A stretch of 56,583 bases of DNA, counting the filler, from Basidiobolus ranarum (Eukaryota): the NCBI GenBank assembly GCA_040143965.1. It is 6 parts of 6 records of this genome, joined end to end, with 100 filler letters (N's around TTAATTAATTAA, not from the genome) between each part and the next. Parts side by side here need not be neighbours in the genome. Positions count along the whole stretch, not along the records: positions 1 to 9,363 come from JASJQH010000835.1; positions 9,464 to 18,823 come from JASJQH010000836.1; 4 more parts are not named here. One strand, given 5' to 3'. Shown piece after piece: positions 1 to 11,179 of this stretch. A program made the translations under genes and the position numbers. The stretch's first letter is position 1. Each line of letters begins with the position of its first letter. The notes below the pieces were generated by a model, which saw only the letters and a program-made list of their open reading frames with translations, was not told where the DNA came from and ran no database searches.

Positions 1-1
1 A

Positions 2-184
2 GGGGTACAATTAATAACTCAAGCTGGTATACCCTACAAAAAGAAGGGTGCCACTGTCAACGAACTTAAAGGTGTCATCACTAGTGAAGATTCCAGTGCC
101 AGCAAAATTAGTGAATCGTTTGCAGATGCCATATTAACTGGCAGATTCTGGGACAGAATGAAAATGGACCCAACTAAGCTATAA
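2..184 (+). CDS. 3' end of a probable large-subunit catalase (partial, cut by the window start)
   Basis: Open frame GVQLITQAGIPYKKKGATVNELKGVITSEDSSASKISESFADAILTGRFWDRMKMDPTKL*. The pattern G..L...AGI ... GV ... F..AI...RFWDR resembles the end of the C-terminal domain of large-subunit catalases. Confidence 0.55.
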   Translation, partial: GVQLITQAGIPYKKKGATVNELKGVITSEDSSASKISESFADAILTGRFWDRMKMDPTKL

Positions 185-2208
185 ATTACGTTTTACAGTT
201 AAAATAAAGCTAATGAGTTTTCACTTACCATAATATCTTGTTCCATCACCGACTTGAGAATTGCGCATATGGTGATTTAGGGATTTATTGTAGTTATGGC
301 ACGACAACAAGTTGTGGATATTTAGGTGTTAGATCAGTTGAAGCCAGTCAAATTGCGTATCAAAGATATAAACAGTCTGAGTGATCCAGACGTGATAGTG
401 TAGGATGATGATGGAAAATAGTTCCGGAACAATGAGTTCTGGTTGATGAGCTGTCAACGTATGGCACTATCTAGTGATGACAAGTCCAGGTTCCTAGCTG
501 ATACATTTAGGTGGCGGAGTTAATGTAATAATAATATGTAATGGTCAACGATTCTATTGGCGATGAAATAAACTGTACCAATATGTTAATATGTTCGGTA
601 TCAAAAAAATTGAAGAATGAAGCTGTCGCCATAATGCCATACTTGTTTTACTTTTGGTCTATATATGTTTTACTTTTGGTCTATATATACTAGCTCAACT
701 CTATCTTTATTTATCCATTAAAATATTTACTCATGAATACCCTGGAATTTCCTAACTTACTGTTGTGGTGCGAACAGGTTTCAACATTGATATTCTACTA
801 CAGAATTCGGGTTATAACGGAATAGATAAGATTGACACCTGATGTAATCCATGCCTTCGAAATGTAATTCCCAAAAGGTGGTGCACTAAATGCGGACCTT
901 GATTAAGTGATCTTTTCCGTCTCTAATCTATATCATCTTCGGGTTGTCTTACAAATCATAGTTAGCTTCCGACTCTTTTGCTCGTTAACTGACACTTACG
1001 TTGCTGAATTAAGTAATCATTCTGATATTGGCTGAACAAGAATATTCCATGGGTGAATTTCAATCGTAGTCTCCTAGTTGGGATCCTCCAAAAATTTCTT
1101 CAAGAACATTACATTTAACTACTGCTTACAGCTATCCAGTATAAACTGGTGATGGTGTAGACATTAATGTCCTAGATATTTATGCTGCGCACGAAATTTG
1201 GTCTTGTTAATTACATTTAACTCGATATTGCTTGGCTGTTAGTGCTAGTAAAAAACTATCTGGTACTAGCAAGGTCAGTCTCCATGTCGCTAGTGTAGCA
1301 CAAGAATAACAACAACTTTGTTGAGATATCTTTGGAAAGTCTCTTGGGCAGTGGCCAAAGAATCATTTCTCCTCTCACTAGAAACCAATGAATTAGTCTG
1401 TTATATACGTTACATGAAATCGGCACAACCTAACTTGTCATTTTGGAGTCACACCTAAAGTGTTTATTTGTAGATCCGGGCTAGATTGTGATACGTTGCA
1501 ATGAATAACCTCAAGCTTACTTGCAGTCGTTTGCACAAGTGGGGATTTGCGTCTGGTTGATTGTAAAAATCCTAAGGATTCTACCAGGCACTTCTTCAAG
1601 ATTTTTGCATTAGCTCTGGTCAAAGAGCACTTATTGAACAGATGAGCGATAGATATAACCTGATAGTAATAGGTTACAATCGAGATGATAGATTAACTCA
1701 ACCCTGTTTCAAGCGTAATCTATTGAAGATTATACTGTGAGCTTTCATCGTTCTTTTGATAAAGTACATTCTTGATTGAACCCGACTTTGTCCGGGAGAA
1801 TGAGGAAAAAAAGATCAACATACAGTGACATAATTGGAATGTTTATCAGAAGTTGTAACACTCAACTGAGTTCTAAAATACTTGTCTTTACTATTCCTTT
1901 TCACAATAAGCGTTGGAGTAGTGCCGAAATCTGGGTAAACAGTGCATAACGTTGCATAATCTGTATTTCATCCTATAACCACCATTTAATAGCAAAAAGG
2001 GTATTTTCTCAAGTGGTTGTCGCAAAAGAGGTATATTTTCAAATAGTGGTTGCCCCATTTGGTGCATGTAAGCTCGAATTAATAACAGGTTAGCATCAGA
2101 TATCCGTTTACTTCAATCCATCTTAGCAGAGCTGATAATTTGATAAATCGCCAATTCATATAAATACATGCAGAACCTGTGCGATTATCATTCACCAATT
2201 TGTTGAAG

Positions 2209-3430
2209 ATGTGCGAAATAAACCTTGGAGAAAAGAAGGCCAGCAGTTCTAATGCTGAGGTAGTACATAGCGAGTTAACAAAACAAGAGGCCAACCAAAG
2301 TTTCAGGAACTTTCTTGTTGGTTATCTCGGGTGGGTAGTATGATGTACTCAGAAGGCACTCTACAAAGCTCTTACATCGAAGAGTTTCAAGCTCTGAGTG
2401 GGTTTGCTCTAATGTCCTCTTTTACTAGTGTCATTCACATTGTGACTCCACCGATAGTAGCCAATAGTGGGGACACCTTTGGCTATAAACAAACTTATCT
2501 CATGTCACTCTTTATCTTCATTCTTGGGTGTGCTCCAAGTGGTCTATCCGTAAATTGCATGCATTCGAAGCTTGGGTTAACAAGGGCTTAGTATCTCCGG
2601 ATCTATTGTCTTATCAAGTAAGTTTTATTATCTGACCTTCTAGACTCATGAACTGACTTTGATGCCATAGCCGCTCTTCCACTTCGTAAGCATGGTCTAT
2701 GGTCTTCCGTACAAAATGTGATTTACATTCTCACTGCACTGTCGCCACTTTTACCACTCGTGGAAAATAGCGTCACGTTTATTACATATGACTTTCACTA
2801 AGTATTCTTGTATTTCCACTGATCTTGAAGATGAAGCTGCCACATAATACTGTTGCTAATTGGCATGCAAAGGTCTGTCAAATAGATTACATTGGGTTCA
2901 TTCTGATTATTGCTGGCACTACTTTAATTACTTTGTCAGCTAATTGGGGAAGGACTAAATATTCATGGAATAGCGTGTCTATAATCACTTGCCTTGTCTA
3001 TGGAGTGTTGTACTTTACTGTATTCGTATCTTACGCAAACTTGTCAAACTTGAAAGACCAGTCATTCAATTACAATTATTCAAAAAATGCCGCCAATATT
3101 TTACAAAGTGCTGGGGTGTTTGGTTGGATGATGTACCTTGATCTCTACGCGAAAGTAGTGAACAACGTATTTTTTCTTTGAAAGTATTACTGGAAGTACT
3201 GATGAAACTGATGGGTGAATATGCACTAAGAACGGATTTAATTACACCTGGATTTAATTTCAAAAGTAACTGAAAAAGGCTCTAATGCTAAGTGACCTCC
3301 AGTGCTTATCTCCCCTACTGCCAATTAGATAGATTTTTTATTCTTTGTGCCTGGCGGCCAACAGTGTTCGCGTTATTTGGTCTCATGGGAAATGGATATT
3401 CAGGGGCCAGGTGATAGGCTGGCGAAATGA
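2209..3430 (+). pseudogene. Decayed MFS drug:H+ antiporter (DHA2-like); boundaries approximate
   Basis: Fragments GDTFGYKQTYLMSLFIFILG (motif A-like) and QIDYIGFILIIAGTTLITLSANWGRTKYSWNSVSIITCLVYG match 14-TM MFS motifs, but they are split by stops and frame changes, and motif residues are eroded. Confidence 0.65.
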
Positions 3431-4401
3431 TGATGTACCCAACTGCTTTGGCTAAGGATTGTCAGAATTCAGGGCTATTTTTGTAGCAGTTGAAGCATGT
3501 CTATTATTTGGTTATTGCCAACTGATAGCCATATGTGTGTTGAACACCTCATTTCAACGGCAGACTGAGTAAATTCAGTATTTATATATCATTTCTTCAG
3601 ATCTTCTCCCATATGAACATAGTTGATATATCATATGAGAACAAATCCAAATATTGGACCGAACTTGCGATGTATTTTGTATTGCAGTTTTCCCTTGACA
3701 TTTCTTTGCTAGTACTTCATCAAGAGAGGCTAAGTATTGTCATGTACTACAAAATTCAATCTCTTTGGTATATTATATATATATATATACTATTTTTTAT
3801 GGCAATTCTAACTGGGGCAACATGGTATTTTGTGGGTATACCGATGGCTGGTAATGGTAAATGAGGAAATGGAACTGGTGTTTATATATATTGTACAAAA
3901 ATTATTCTGTGATCATGCCTTACCATGACAATATCTCCCTTATTCAATAATTACCATTCGATCCTGTACAGGTTCTTTTAATATATAACATAATCGTATT
4001 GGCGATAAAGCTGGCTGCTTCGATTCAAGTATTACATCAATATTGAATATTCTTTTAGATTCATCGTATCTGGTTGAGACAAGTATTGACAACCATAATT
4101 ATTATAAATAGCTTCTCTTTTTTAGAAAATATAAAGAGTTGTTACCTAACACTAGTGCTTAGGGGTATTACAAATTTCCACCTCTATCTGATAACAGGTT
4201 CTCATCTAATGGCTATTGAGTAAACGTATAGATGCCAATTCTAATCTGGTGGCTATAGTCAAATGTTGCATTCTCAGTTAACCTTCCATTTTTGACTGTT
4301 GTATCCAGAGAAAATATTTGCATAACATAACGCCATGTTATATAAACCTCGAATGTTTATCCGCCGTTTCTTTACCTACATTCATCTTTGTCTTGACCCA
4401 A

Positions 4402-4974
4402 ATGAGCTTCTTCAACTACCTGGATCAATCCCCGACTTTTGACCCATTGACGGATATGCCAGAGGGTGGTAAAGAAATTTTCGACCTTATTTATGCTGCG
4501 TATGACACAACTGCCAGCTTTATGCGCCCCACCAAAAACGAAGCTCTATTTATATTGAATAACGCTCAGCCTATTGCTGTAGAAACCATTATGGATGATA
4601 TACCAATGATGGCCAATGAAGAAGATCCCTTCCCTATCAGCAAAATTGCAATTGCTGGCTTCATGCTCGGGATTGTAGATGATGATAACAAACTAAGCAC
4701 ACTCGAACTACCCAAATTTATAAACCAAGCAGCGAATTCACTTGCCAATACCATGTATGCAGTCACTACTGCTCCAGAAGGGTATACATGGTGTGAGTTT
4801 ATTAAGAGTGCCGCGGCTCGTGAGTTGGTTATTAGATTTTGTTCTGCCAGTCGACGGGACGAAAGACTAGAAAAGTATGCCTACCCACTGCCGAGTGAAG
4901 CACTGATGCCTGCTATGCGCAACCGTGACGCCTGTTACGTACTACATGATGTTGATGTGGTAATTCTGGCTTGA
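4402..4974 (+). CDS. Orphan intronless ORF A (190 aa from ATG 4402)
   Basis: Long open frame starting MSFFNYLDQSP, ATG in CAAATG context, TATATAAA at 4339-4346. No family recognised. Confidence 0.55.
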   Translation: MSFFNYLDQSPTFDPLTDMPEGGKEIFDLIYAAYDTTASFMRPTKNEALFILNNAQPIAVETIMDDIPMMANEEDPFPISKIAIAGFMLGIVDDDNKLSTLELPKFINQAANSLANTMYAVTTAPEGYTWCEFIKSAAARELVIRFCSASRRDERLEKYAYPLPSEALMPAMRNRDACYVLHDVDVVILA

Positions 4975-4984
4975 TGTCAGCAGT

Positions 4985-5605
4985 ATGGAGATATACTCTT
5001 CGTGGAATATTTCTCGTGAGATCGTGGGCCCAAATTTCTTACTTAACTTTTGGTTAAACGCAGAACCTCAGAAAGTTGGTAGGAGAGAGAAATATCCCGA
5101 CCGTGCCCCCATAAAAACTATTATGGAAGAGAAAGTCATAAATACCGCGCTCAGTTACGCCGTTACGCTATTTGATATCTTTAACCTTGATGGAGCCAAA
5201 GCAAAATTATTGAAGGAGTATAAAAATATCCGAATATTGTCACTTGTTGATGTTGGTGAGTTGGAGATTATCAAAGAGAAAATCATAAGGCGAATGATGG
5301 TTTACTGCATGATCCTAAGAACCGAAAACGCCGAAGATTTTAGAACCTCTGAGGCCATTCTCAATTTTGCATTTAATATGCTGTTCTTAGAGAAGAATCA
5401 TATCATTGACTCTTTGAAGTTTCTCCGGACTGAGACCACTATAGAGCTTCGTTATTACTCTATCACCTTATCAATTCCTAATCTTGCGGCCAAGAAGAAA
5501 CTCGATAAAATATACAAAGAGGCATTGAAGACGATCGGGATGGTAGCTTTCAAGTTTACCCTTGAGAATGTTGTTTTGCCAGCAATTTCTGGAATAGTAC
5601 TCTAA
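4985..5605 (+). CDS. Orphan intronless ORF B (206 aa); may be the frameshifted continuation of ORF A
   Basis: Starts 10 bp after the ORF A stop, in the +1 frame. Helical, K/E/I/L-rich composition. No family recognised. Confidence 0.55.
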   Translation: MEIYSSWNISREIVGPNFLLNFWLNAEPQKVGRREKYPDRAPIKTIMEEKVINTALSYAVTLFDIFNLDGAKAKLLKEYKNIRILSLVDVGELEIIKEKIIRRMMVYCMILRTENAEDFRTSEAILNFAFNMLFLEKNHIIDSLKFLRTETTIELRYYSITLSIPNLAAKKKLDKIYKEALKTIGMVAFKFTLENVVLPAISGIVL

Positions 5606-6945
5606 ATTATGTATGAAATGTTTTTTAGCTAATGAAGTCTATTATACGCACACATTGCTACTAACCATGATTGTCAAAGAATTCACTAACCCAGGGTGGC
5701 ATTTTGATCCATTCCCATCGGTAAGCATAATAAATCCTGGTACAAGGCTGCTGTGAATCAATCAAGAATTGGTGATACGTTCCAACTAAGCCAGCTTGTG
5801 CTATATCTACACCATAATTCACAATTGGTAAGATGCGTGATGCTCATGAGGATGTGGGAACATCCTACTAACCTATAGTGTTATTTAAGAGGAAATCAAG
5901 AGCCTGGTAAAGAATTATTACTCCAAGAACTTGAAGAAATAGAGGGAAGGGTTACGTGGATTACTGGTACCGTAGTTAATCTCGAAAGAAACGAATAAGC
6001 TAGTCATGCGGAACGTAATGCTCAGCAATTTTACCAATGTAGAAAGTTCTATAAAATCATTTAAAATCAAGATTTGTAGGTTTTACACATTGACTTTTGG
6101 TTCCTACTGTGCAGAGTTCAAATGCAATCCAGAAATGAGTGCTGGATTGTACTTAAGGGATGGCTATCGAAGATTAACTTAGCCAAACTCCTTGCAATGT
6201 TTCATGTTAAGTGCCAAATGAGTACATGTAATTTTTGTAATGATCTTAAGTATTCGGAGAAAGAGACATTTTATTTTATTTCACACTGATCTTTATGGCG
6301 AGGAATGTGTGAAGAAAAGATAGATTTATTCTCAATATGATCATTATTTCAATGCTGGTGGAATATTTATTGATCTCTAAGTAAAACATTTGATGACTTC
6401 TACAATATAAAGCGAAACAACCAAGAGATCAAGCTTCATTGGCCATATATCTGTATTAGATATAACACTGATGAAGCCAATTGTGCTGAAGCTCAGGGAT
6501 GATATACCAACAGTAGATTTCTGCAAAAATAAGTTAGATATTGTGATGAGTCTTACCATGTTAATTTCATCATAAGAAACAATTTGAAAATTCTATAATG
6601 GTCAACAAAGCATCCACAATAACAACCAAAAAGGTACTGAATCTACACAGCCTATGTCTGTTGCAATATTCTACTTTTTGGAATCAGATACGTAGTAATT
6701 TGATACTAACAAATTATGCTCTTGTAGACATCTATATGTTGTCTAATTAGGCTTCATTGTGATTGCTTTCATCAACGGTAGATATTGCAACAAGATATAC
6801 ACTAGTAAGATATACTTTGTCCAAGATACTAGTGTGATTAACTAGTAAGATATACTTCGATTACGATCAAACTTAAATAAACCTTCAGCCACAGAGTTGT
6901 ATAAATGTGCAGATTCGATTGAGAAAAAGTTATCCAACACTTGAA

Positions 6946-7305
6946 ATGTATACACAACTTGCCATCATCAGCACACTCCTCATTGCTACGTTTACTGCTG
7001 GGAATCAGTTGCAGTCCACTCCTTATCAGGTGACAGGTAGTAACGTCGCAAGTTCTTCCGTATCCAACACTGATTCCAACCTAGGACGTAATCCAAAAGG
7101 TGGCCAAGTTGTCAGGAAGTTCAAATCATCCAAAGAAGAAGATGCGGCAAGGATTCAACTAAATATTGAAAATATGATTCATCGAATGTCAGGTGACACA
7201 TACAGCAAGATACGACATACAGCTTCGAATCGACAAGATGTAGATCAAGAGAGAGGCAGCACTAAGGTAGATGAAGGAACTTCTCCTGATGTGGGTAACG
7301 AATGA
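6946..7305 (+). CDS. Small secreted hypothetical protein (119 aa)
   Basis: ATG 6946 is followed by a signal-peptide-like stretch MYTQLAIISTLLIATFTAG and a hydrophilic S/T/D/E-rich tail. Confidence 0.5.
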   Translation: MYTQLAIISTLLIATFTAGNQLQSTPYQVTGSNVASSSVSNTDSNLGRNPKGGQVVRKFKSSKEEDAARIQLNIENMIHRMSGDTYSKIRHTASNRQDVDQERGSTKVDEGTSPDVGNE

Positions 7306-7912
7306 GAAAGAGACGGAAACTATGGTCATAATTGCTATGAAAGCAGTAATAGTGGATGCCACTTTTGAAGTATAGCAAAGTAATAAACAAGCATTTATGA
7401 AGTATAGCCAGTAACAAACAAGCATTTATAATGACAAAGATTGTTAAGTACCATATATATATCTACCACTCGTTTGCTTTAATAACAAAAAATGACCAGA
7501 TGGTTGTATTAATTGCTCAAACTAACCCCAAACCTAATATATGAATTCTTCATCTCTTTCACAGCAAGCGTTACTACATGCAAAGAATATTCTACTATAA
7601 TACTATATACTGCAACATAGGTTGCCATTCATGAAGTGGAGGAAATACTGCCATGTACAGAGTATTTCATTCTGTCACATACGGTTCAATTTTTCGAATA
7701 AGGTTGATTCCTGTAAATATATTCCAATTGATATTGTTTATCAAATTCACATTTAAGCTAGCGGCTTTATTAATCTTGTGCATATCATCAATATCGGCAA
7801 AGCCGTGCAAGGTTTCAACAATTCGCAATGAGCTCCAAGAGTTATGACAGATTTGGGGAAACTCAAGGCGTTTCGATATGGGTGATATTGAAATAACATG
7901 AAAAATATGGGA

Positions 7913-7984
7913 GCCTGCTTAGCGCAGTGGTAGCGCGTCAGTCTCGTAAACTGAAGGTCGCCAGTTCAATCCCGGCAGTAGGCA
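7913..7984 (+). tRNA. tRNA-Thr(CGT) by anticodon, with an elongator-Met-like body
   Basis: Cloverleaf: acceptor GCCTGCT/AGTAGGC, D stem GCGC/GCGC, anticodon stem TCAGT/ACTGA, loop CTCGTAA (CGT at 7945-7947), T arm GCCAG-TTCAATC-CCGGC (one A-C mismatch), discriminator A. Confidence 0.88.
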
Positions 7985-7990
7985 TTTTTT
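7985..7990 (+). terminator. RNA polymerase III oligo-T terminator
   Basis: TTTTTT immediately after the tRNA discriminator base. Confidence 0.75.
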
Positions 7991-9003
7991 ATTCAACAAT
8001 AATGAAATGATTTACAATGGCTCATCTTGAAGTAATCTCCGTAATCAAAACAATATGAGATTTACAAGACTATGCTACCAATTCCTATAAAGCATTCACC
8101 CTTTTTGACTTGAGAAAATAGGGCTTTTATATATAGAAACATTATAGAATAGATATCCTACTCTCTGTTTTCTTGGCTTCTATTGCTGATACTATGAGTA
8201 TCAAAAATACTGACGTAAAATAGCCTTGCCGGTGTTGGCCGGATAGACAACTAAAATTTCCTCCCTAGTATCGGAAATAGAAATTTTAGTGGTGCATGTA
8301 TGACTTCGAAGAAGAACTCAATTGGATTAACATAGTGAACCAAAAGTAGTAGCGAATTATTTACATTTTGTGACGTTACTTACATGTCGCATGAACCATT
8401 TATTTGATGTTCTTGAATAGTGTGAAGCAGGAAATTTGTGTTCGTGAATATATAAATTGAGAATATGGTCATTGATAGACGTCCTTCAGCAAGTAATAAT
8501 ATAACTAGTTTACTACATTCATCATTTCATGTTTATATCCAAGTTATTGAAACTGAGCGCCAAGACTTCAGTAACTTCCCAGCATATGCCATATTGTATC
8601 ATTCAAAATAGAGTTTTTGATTCGAATTTGATGGACTAATCCAAAAGCATTGATAGGTTTCCATAATTTGTGAGAGTTTTTTTGGCAGATCATCATAGTC
8701 GATGCACATCCAAATAGCCTTTTTCAATGAAACTTGTGTAGCCAAGCTTAAATTAAGCTGCCATTCACCACAGTGCGCTAACAAAACGTGTTTGCTCTTT
8801 AAAAATCTAGTTGAGTTATGCGACCATCAAGTCTACTTGTAGGGCAACAATGATTACTTACATTAAAGGAGATGATTAACAAAAGGTACGAGATATTCAT
8901 ACTTGACTTTTCTCGATGTTGAGAAAGAAAGTTTAAATACCATTTCTTTCTCCTACACTAGTCATCAGGATATCCGCTTCTCAGGAATATTTCATTACCA
9001 GCT

Positions 9004-9363
9004 ATGAAGTGGCTCTCATTAGTCGTGGCATCGTTGGCACTGAGCTATACAGCTTTGGGTACTCCAATCACCAAACGTCTGGATCTTTCTGCTATTGACA
9101 AGAAAGAGTTAGATATCCTCAAGACGCATGCCAAATACGCATCTGCTGCTTACTGCCCACAAGCTAAACTAACTAACTGGTCGTGTGGTGAACGCTGCGT
9201 TGGTAAACTAAACGTGACTTCATACTTTACTAATGATGCCTCCGGTATAGCTGGTTATATCGGTTATAATAAAGACGAAAAGAAAATCAATATTTCTTTC
9301 CGCGGGTTTGAGTATACTCTTTTAAGCGATAAATCGAGGTTTAATTAACCCAGTCTTTTTAGA
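9004..9363 (+). CDS. Secreted class 3 (fungal) lipase, 5' part, truncated by the contig end
   Basis: Signal peptide, KR site, then AKYASAAYC...WSC..C...GYIG......I.ISFRG. GT-AG intron 9306-9362 follows FRG. Confidence 0.88.
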
Positions 9364-9463
9364 NNNNNNNNNNNNNNNNNNNNNNNNNNNNNNNNNNNNN
9401 NNNNNNNTTAATTAATTAANNNNNNNNNNNNNNNNNNNNNNNNNNNNNNNNNNNNNNNNNNNN
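9364..9463. other. Artificial contig linker
   Basis: 44 N + TTAATTAATTAA (stops in all six frames) + 44 N. Confidence 0.97.
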
Positions 9464-10693
9464 TTTCTGCTTTGCAACATTCATACAAATACTCCTGATC
9501 TCCATACATTAGTTAAGAAACTACAAAAGTAGTTATGGCTTCTTTGTTTTGTTTGAAATAAAGATTTCACCTTTTGGTGACTGTCCCCCCCTAACCCTCA
9601 AGTTAAGTATGGATATGATCCAGTTTTGGCCCAATATCTTAAAAGATTGATGTCTTGATTGTTACTTTGTTTAGATTAGCATATAAGCTATATGAAGTCC
9701 ACACCACCTGGTGCTTTTCATCTGCCCTAACTGCTACTGTGGTTGGAGCTGTGGTTGCTGCTAAATCGGCACATTGATCAGAAAAGAAATTTTGACTGTT
9801 GAAGCATTCAACATACTTGATACTATCAATTGAAAAATGGCAGGGTAGTATATTCACTCATCAGGGATATTCCTTTAATTAGTATTATCTCAGTTTTATG
9901 CTTTTAGACGTAATAGCGAAGGGTAAGGGTTGGAGGAGTGTTTAATGTTAGACCAACTGAAGTCAAGCACCCAATATTATAACCTGTTTTGCATGTTAAA
10001 TTTTTTTCCACTGAGTGTGGTATAAGTCCAAGTCATTACATATATTTTAAAATTAGGCAAGAATCAGAAATCTGTGGAGAGAAATTCATTGAGTTTGAGG
10101 CATAAGAATTTACTGACATTGAATTATGCTTTTGAAAGTAAGAGGCAATTTAAATATACCTGTATAGCTTCATTTCTGTTATCTATGAGTAGACTCACGT
10201 ATACTACGTCTTGAGAATGTGTAGGGCTCATACAACCAGAATAAGTTACCAACAAAAATGAGTGGGCCAACTAAGACTGGTAATCGGGGCAGAATTTTAA
10301 GCAAGTACATCAGTACCACGCCAGTTTTGTAAGCGGCTATAATACTATTGTGTTACATTTAGTGAGAATTTTTGTCCGCGCAACTACATATTGGGTTCAC
10401 AGCTACATATCAAGTAACTGTCCGCATGCAATAAATGTAGAAATATCTAAAGAATGTTCCTGACAGAATAATCAAAGCATAACATCAGGCCCCCGACCAC
10501 GAAATGGTGAATATTCAACAAGTTTCAACATCCAAATAGTCTTACCAAGCCCAGATTAGAGTGTTTCCATTGATCACTAAATACATGGAATTTTTCTCGC
10601 AGTCTTCAGGCTGCATATGCTTGCAAATAAACCTCATTTAAGCGCGTATTATGTTTCCCTTGTTGTCAACTTTTATTTGATTTTATCGTCAAT

Positions 10694-11179
10694 ATGAAAT
10701 TTAGCCTCTCAACTGTCTTTCTCATTGCTTCCCTTGCTGGTTCAATCCTTGCCCTGTCGGATGCTGATATGATGAAACTTAACTTAGATCCCCACTGCTT
10801 CCAATGCTTAAGTGCTATGCCTTGTATGAAGGGAATACTAGCAGGAGCAGTTGTGCCTGAAGGTCCTGAGTTTCTAGAGTGTGTGTGCAATGAGCGTGTT
10901 TATTCCGTTTTTGAGAGTCAGTGTTTAAAATGCTCAGTACTCATGGAAAACAGTACCCCCGAGGATCCATCCAATACTCTACAGGGACTCAAGCAGGATT
11001 GTGCCGCTGCATTATCACCACCTAGCTCTACTAGCTCTATCGAGACCAGCTCCAGTAAAGTCCCCAGTACCAGCAATACCCCTGGGCCAACTCAAACTAC
11101 CAATGGTTCATCATCTATATTTGTACTAAGCACTGGAGCAGTGACTATTGCAGCTCTAGTCGTCACTTTAATGGCTTAA
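10694..11179 (+). CDS. Cys-rich secreted, probably GPI-anchored cell-surface protein (161 aa)
   Basis: Signal peptide, 8-Cys domain (CFQC, CVC, CLKC), S/T/P-rich stalk, small-residue omega-like site (TNGSSS) and hydrophobic C-terminus. Confidence 0.82.
   Translation: MKFSLSTVFLIASLAGSILALSDADMMKLNLDPHCFQCLSAMPCMKGILAGAVVPEGPEFLECVCNERVYSVFESQCLKCSVLMENSTPEDPSNTLQGLKQDCAAALSPPSSTSSIETSSSKVPSTSNTPGPTQTTNGSSSIFVLSTGAVTIAALVVTLMA

Noticed and set aside
900..1750. Possible decayed coding sequence
   Set aside because: No frame stays open and no motif is recognised.
6801..6857. 17-bp direct repeat actagtaagatatactt upstream of the small secreted ORF
   Set aside because: Only two copies; a simple local duplication is enough to explain it.
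9408..9419. TTAATTAATTAA recurring about every 9.45 kb as a possible regular repeat or regulatory motif
   Set aside because: Always embedded in N runs of fixed length; it is an assembly linker.
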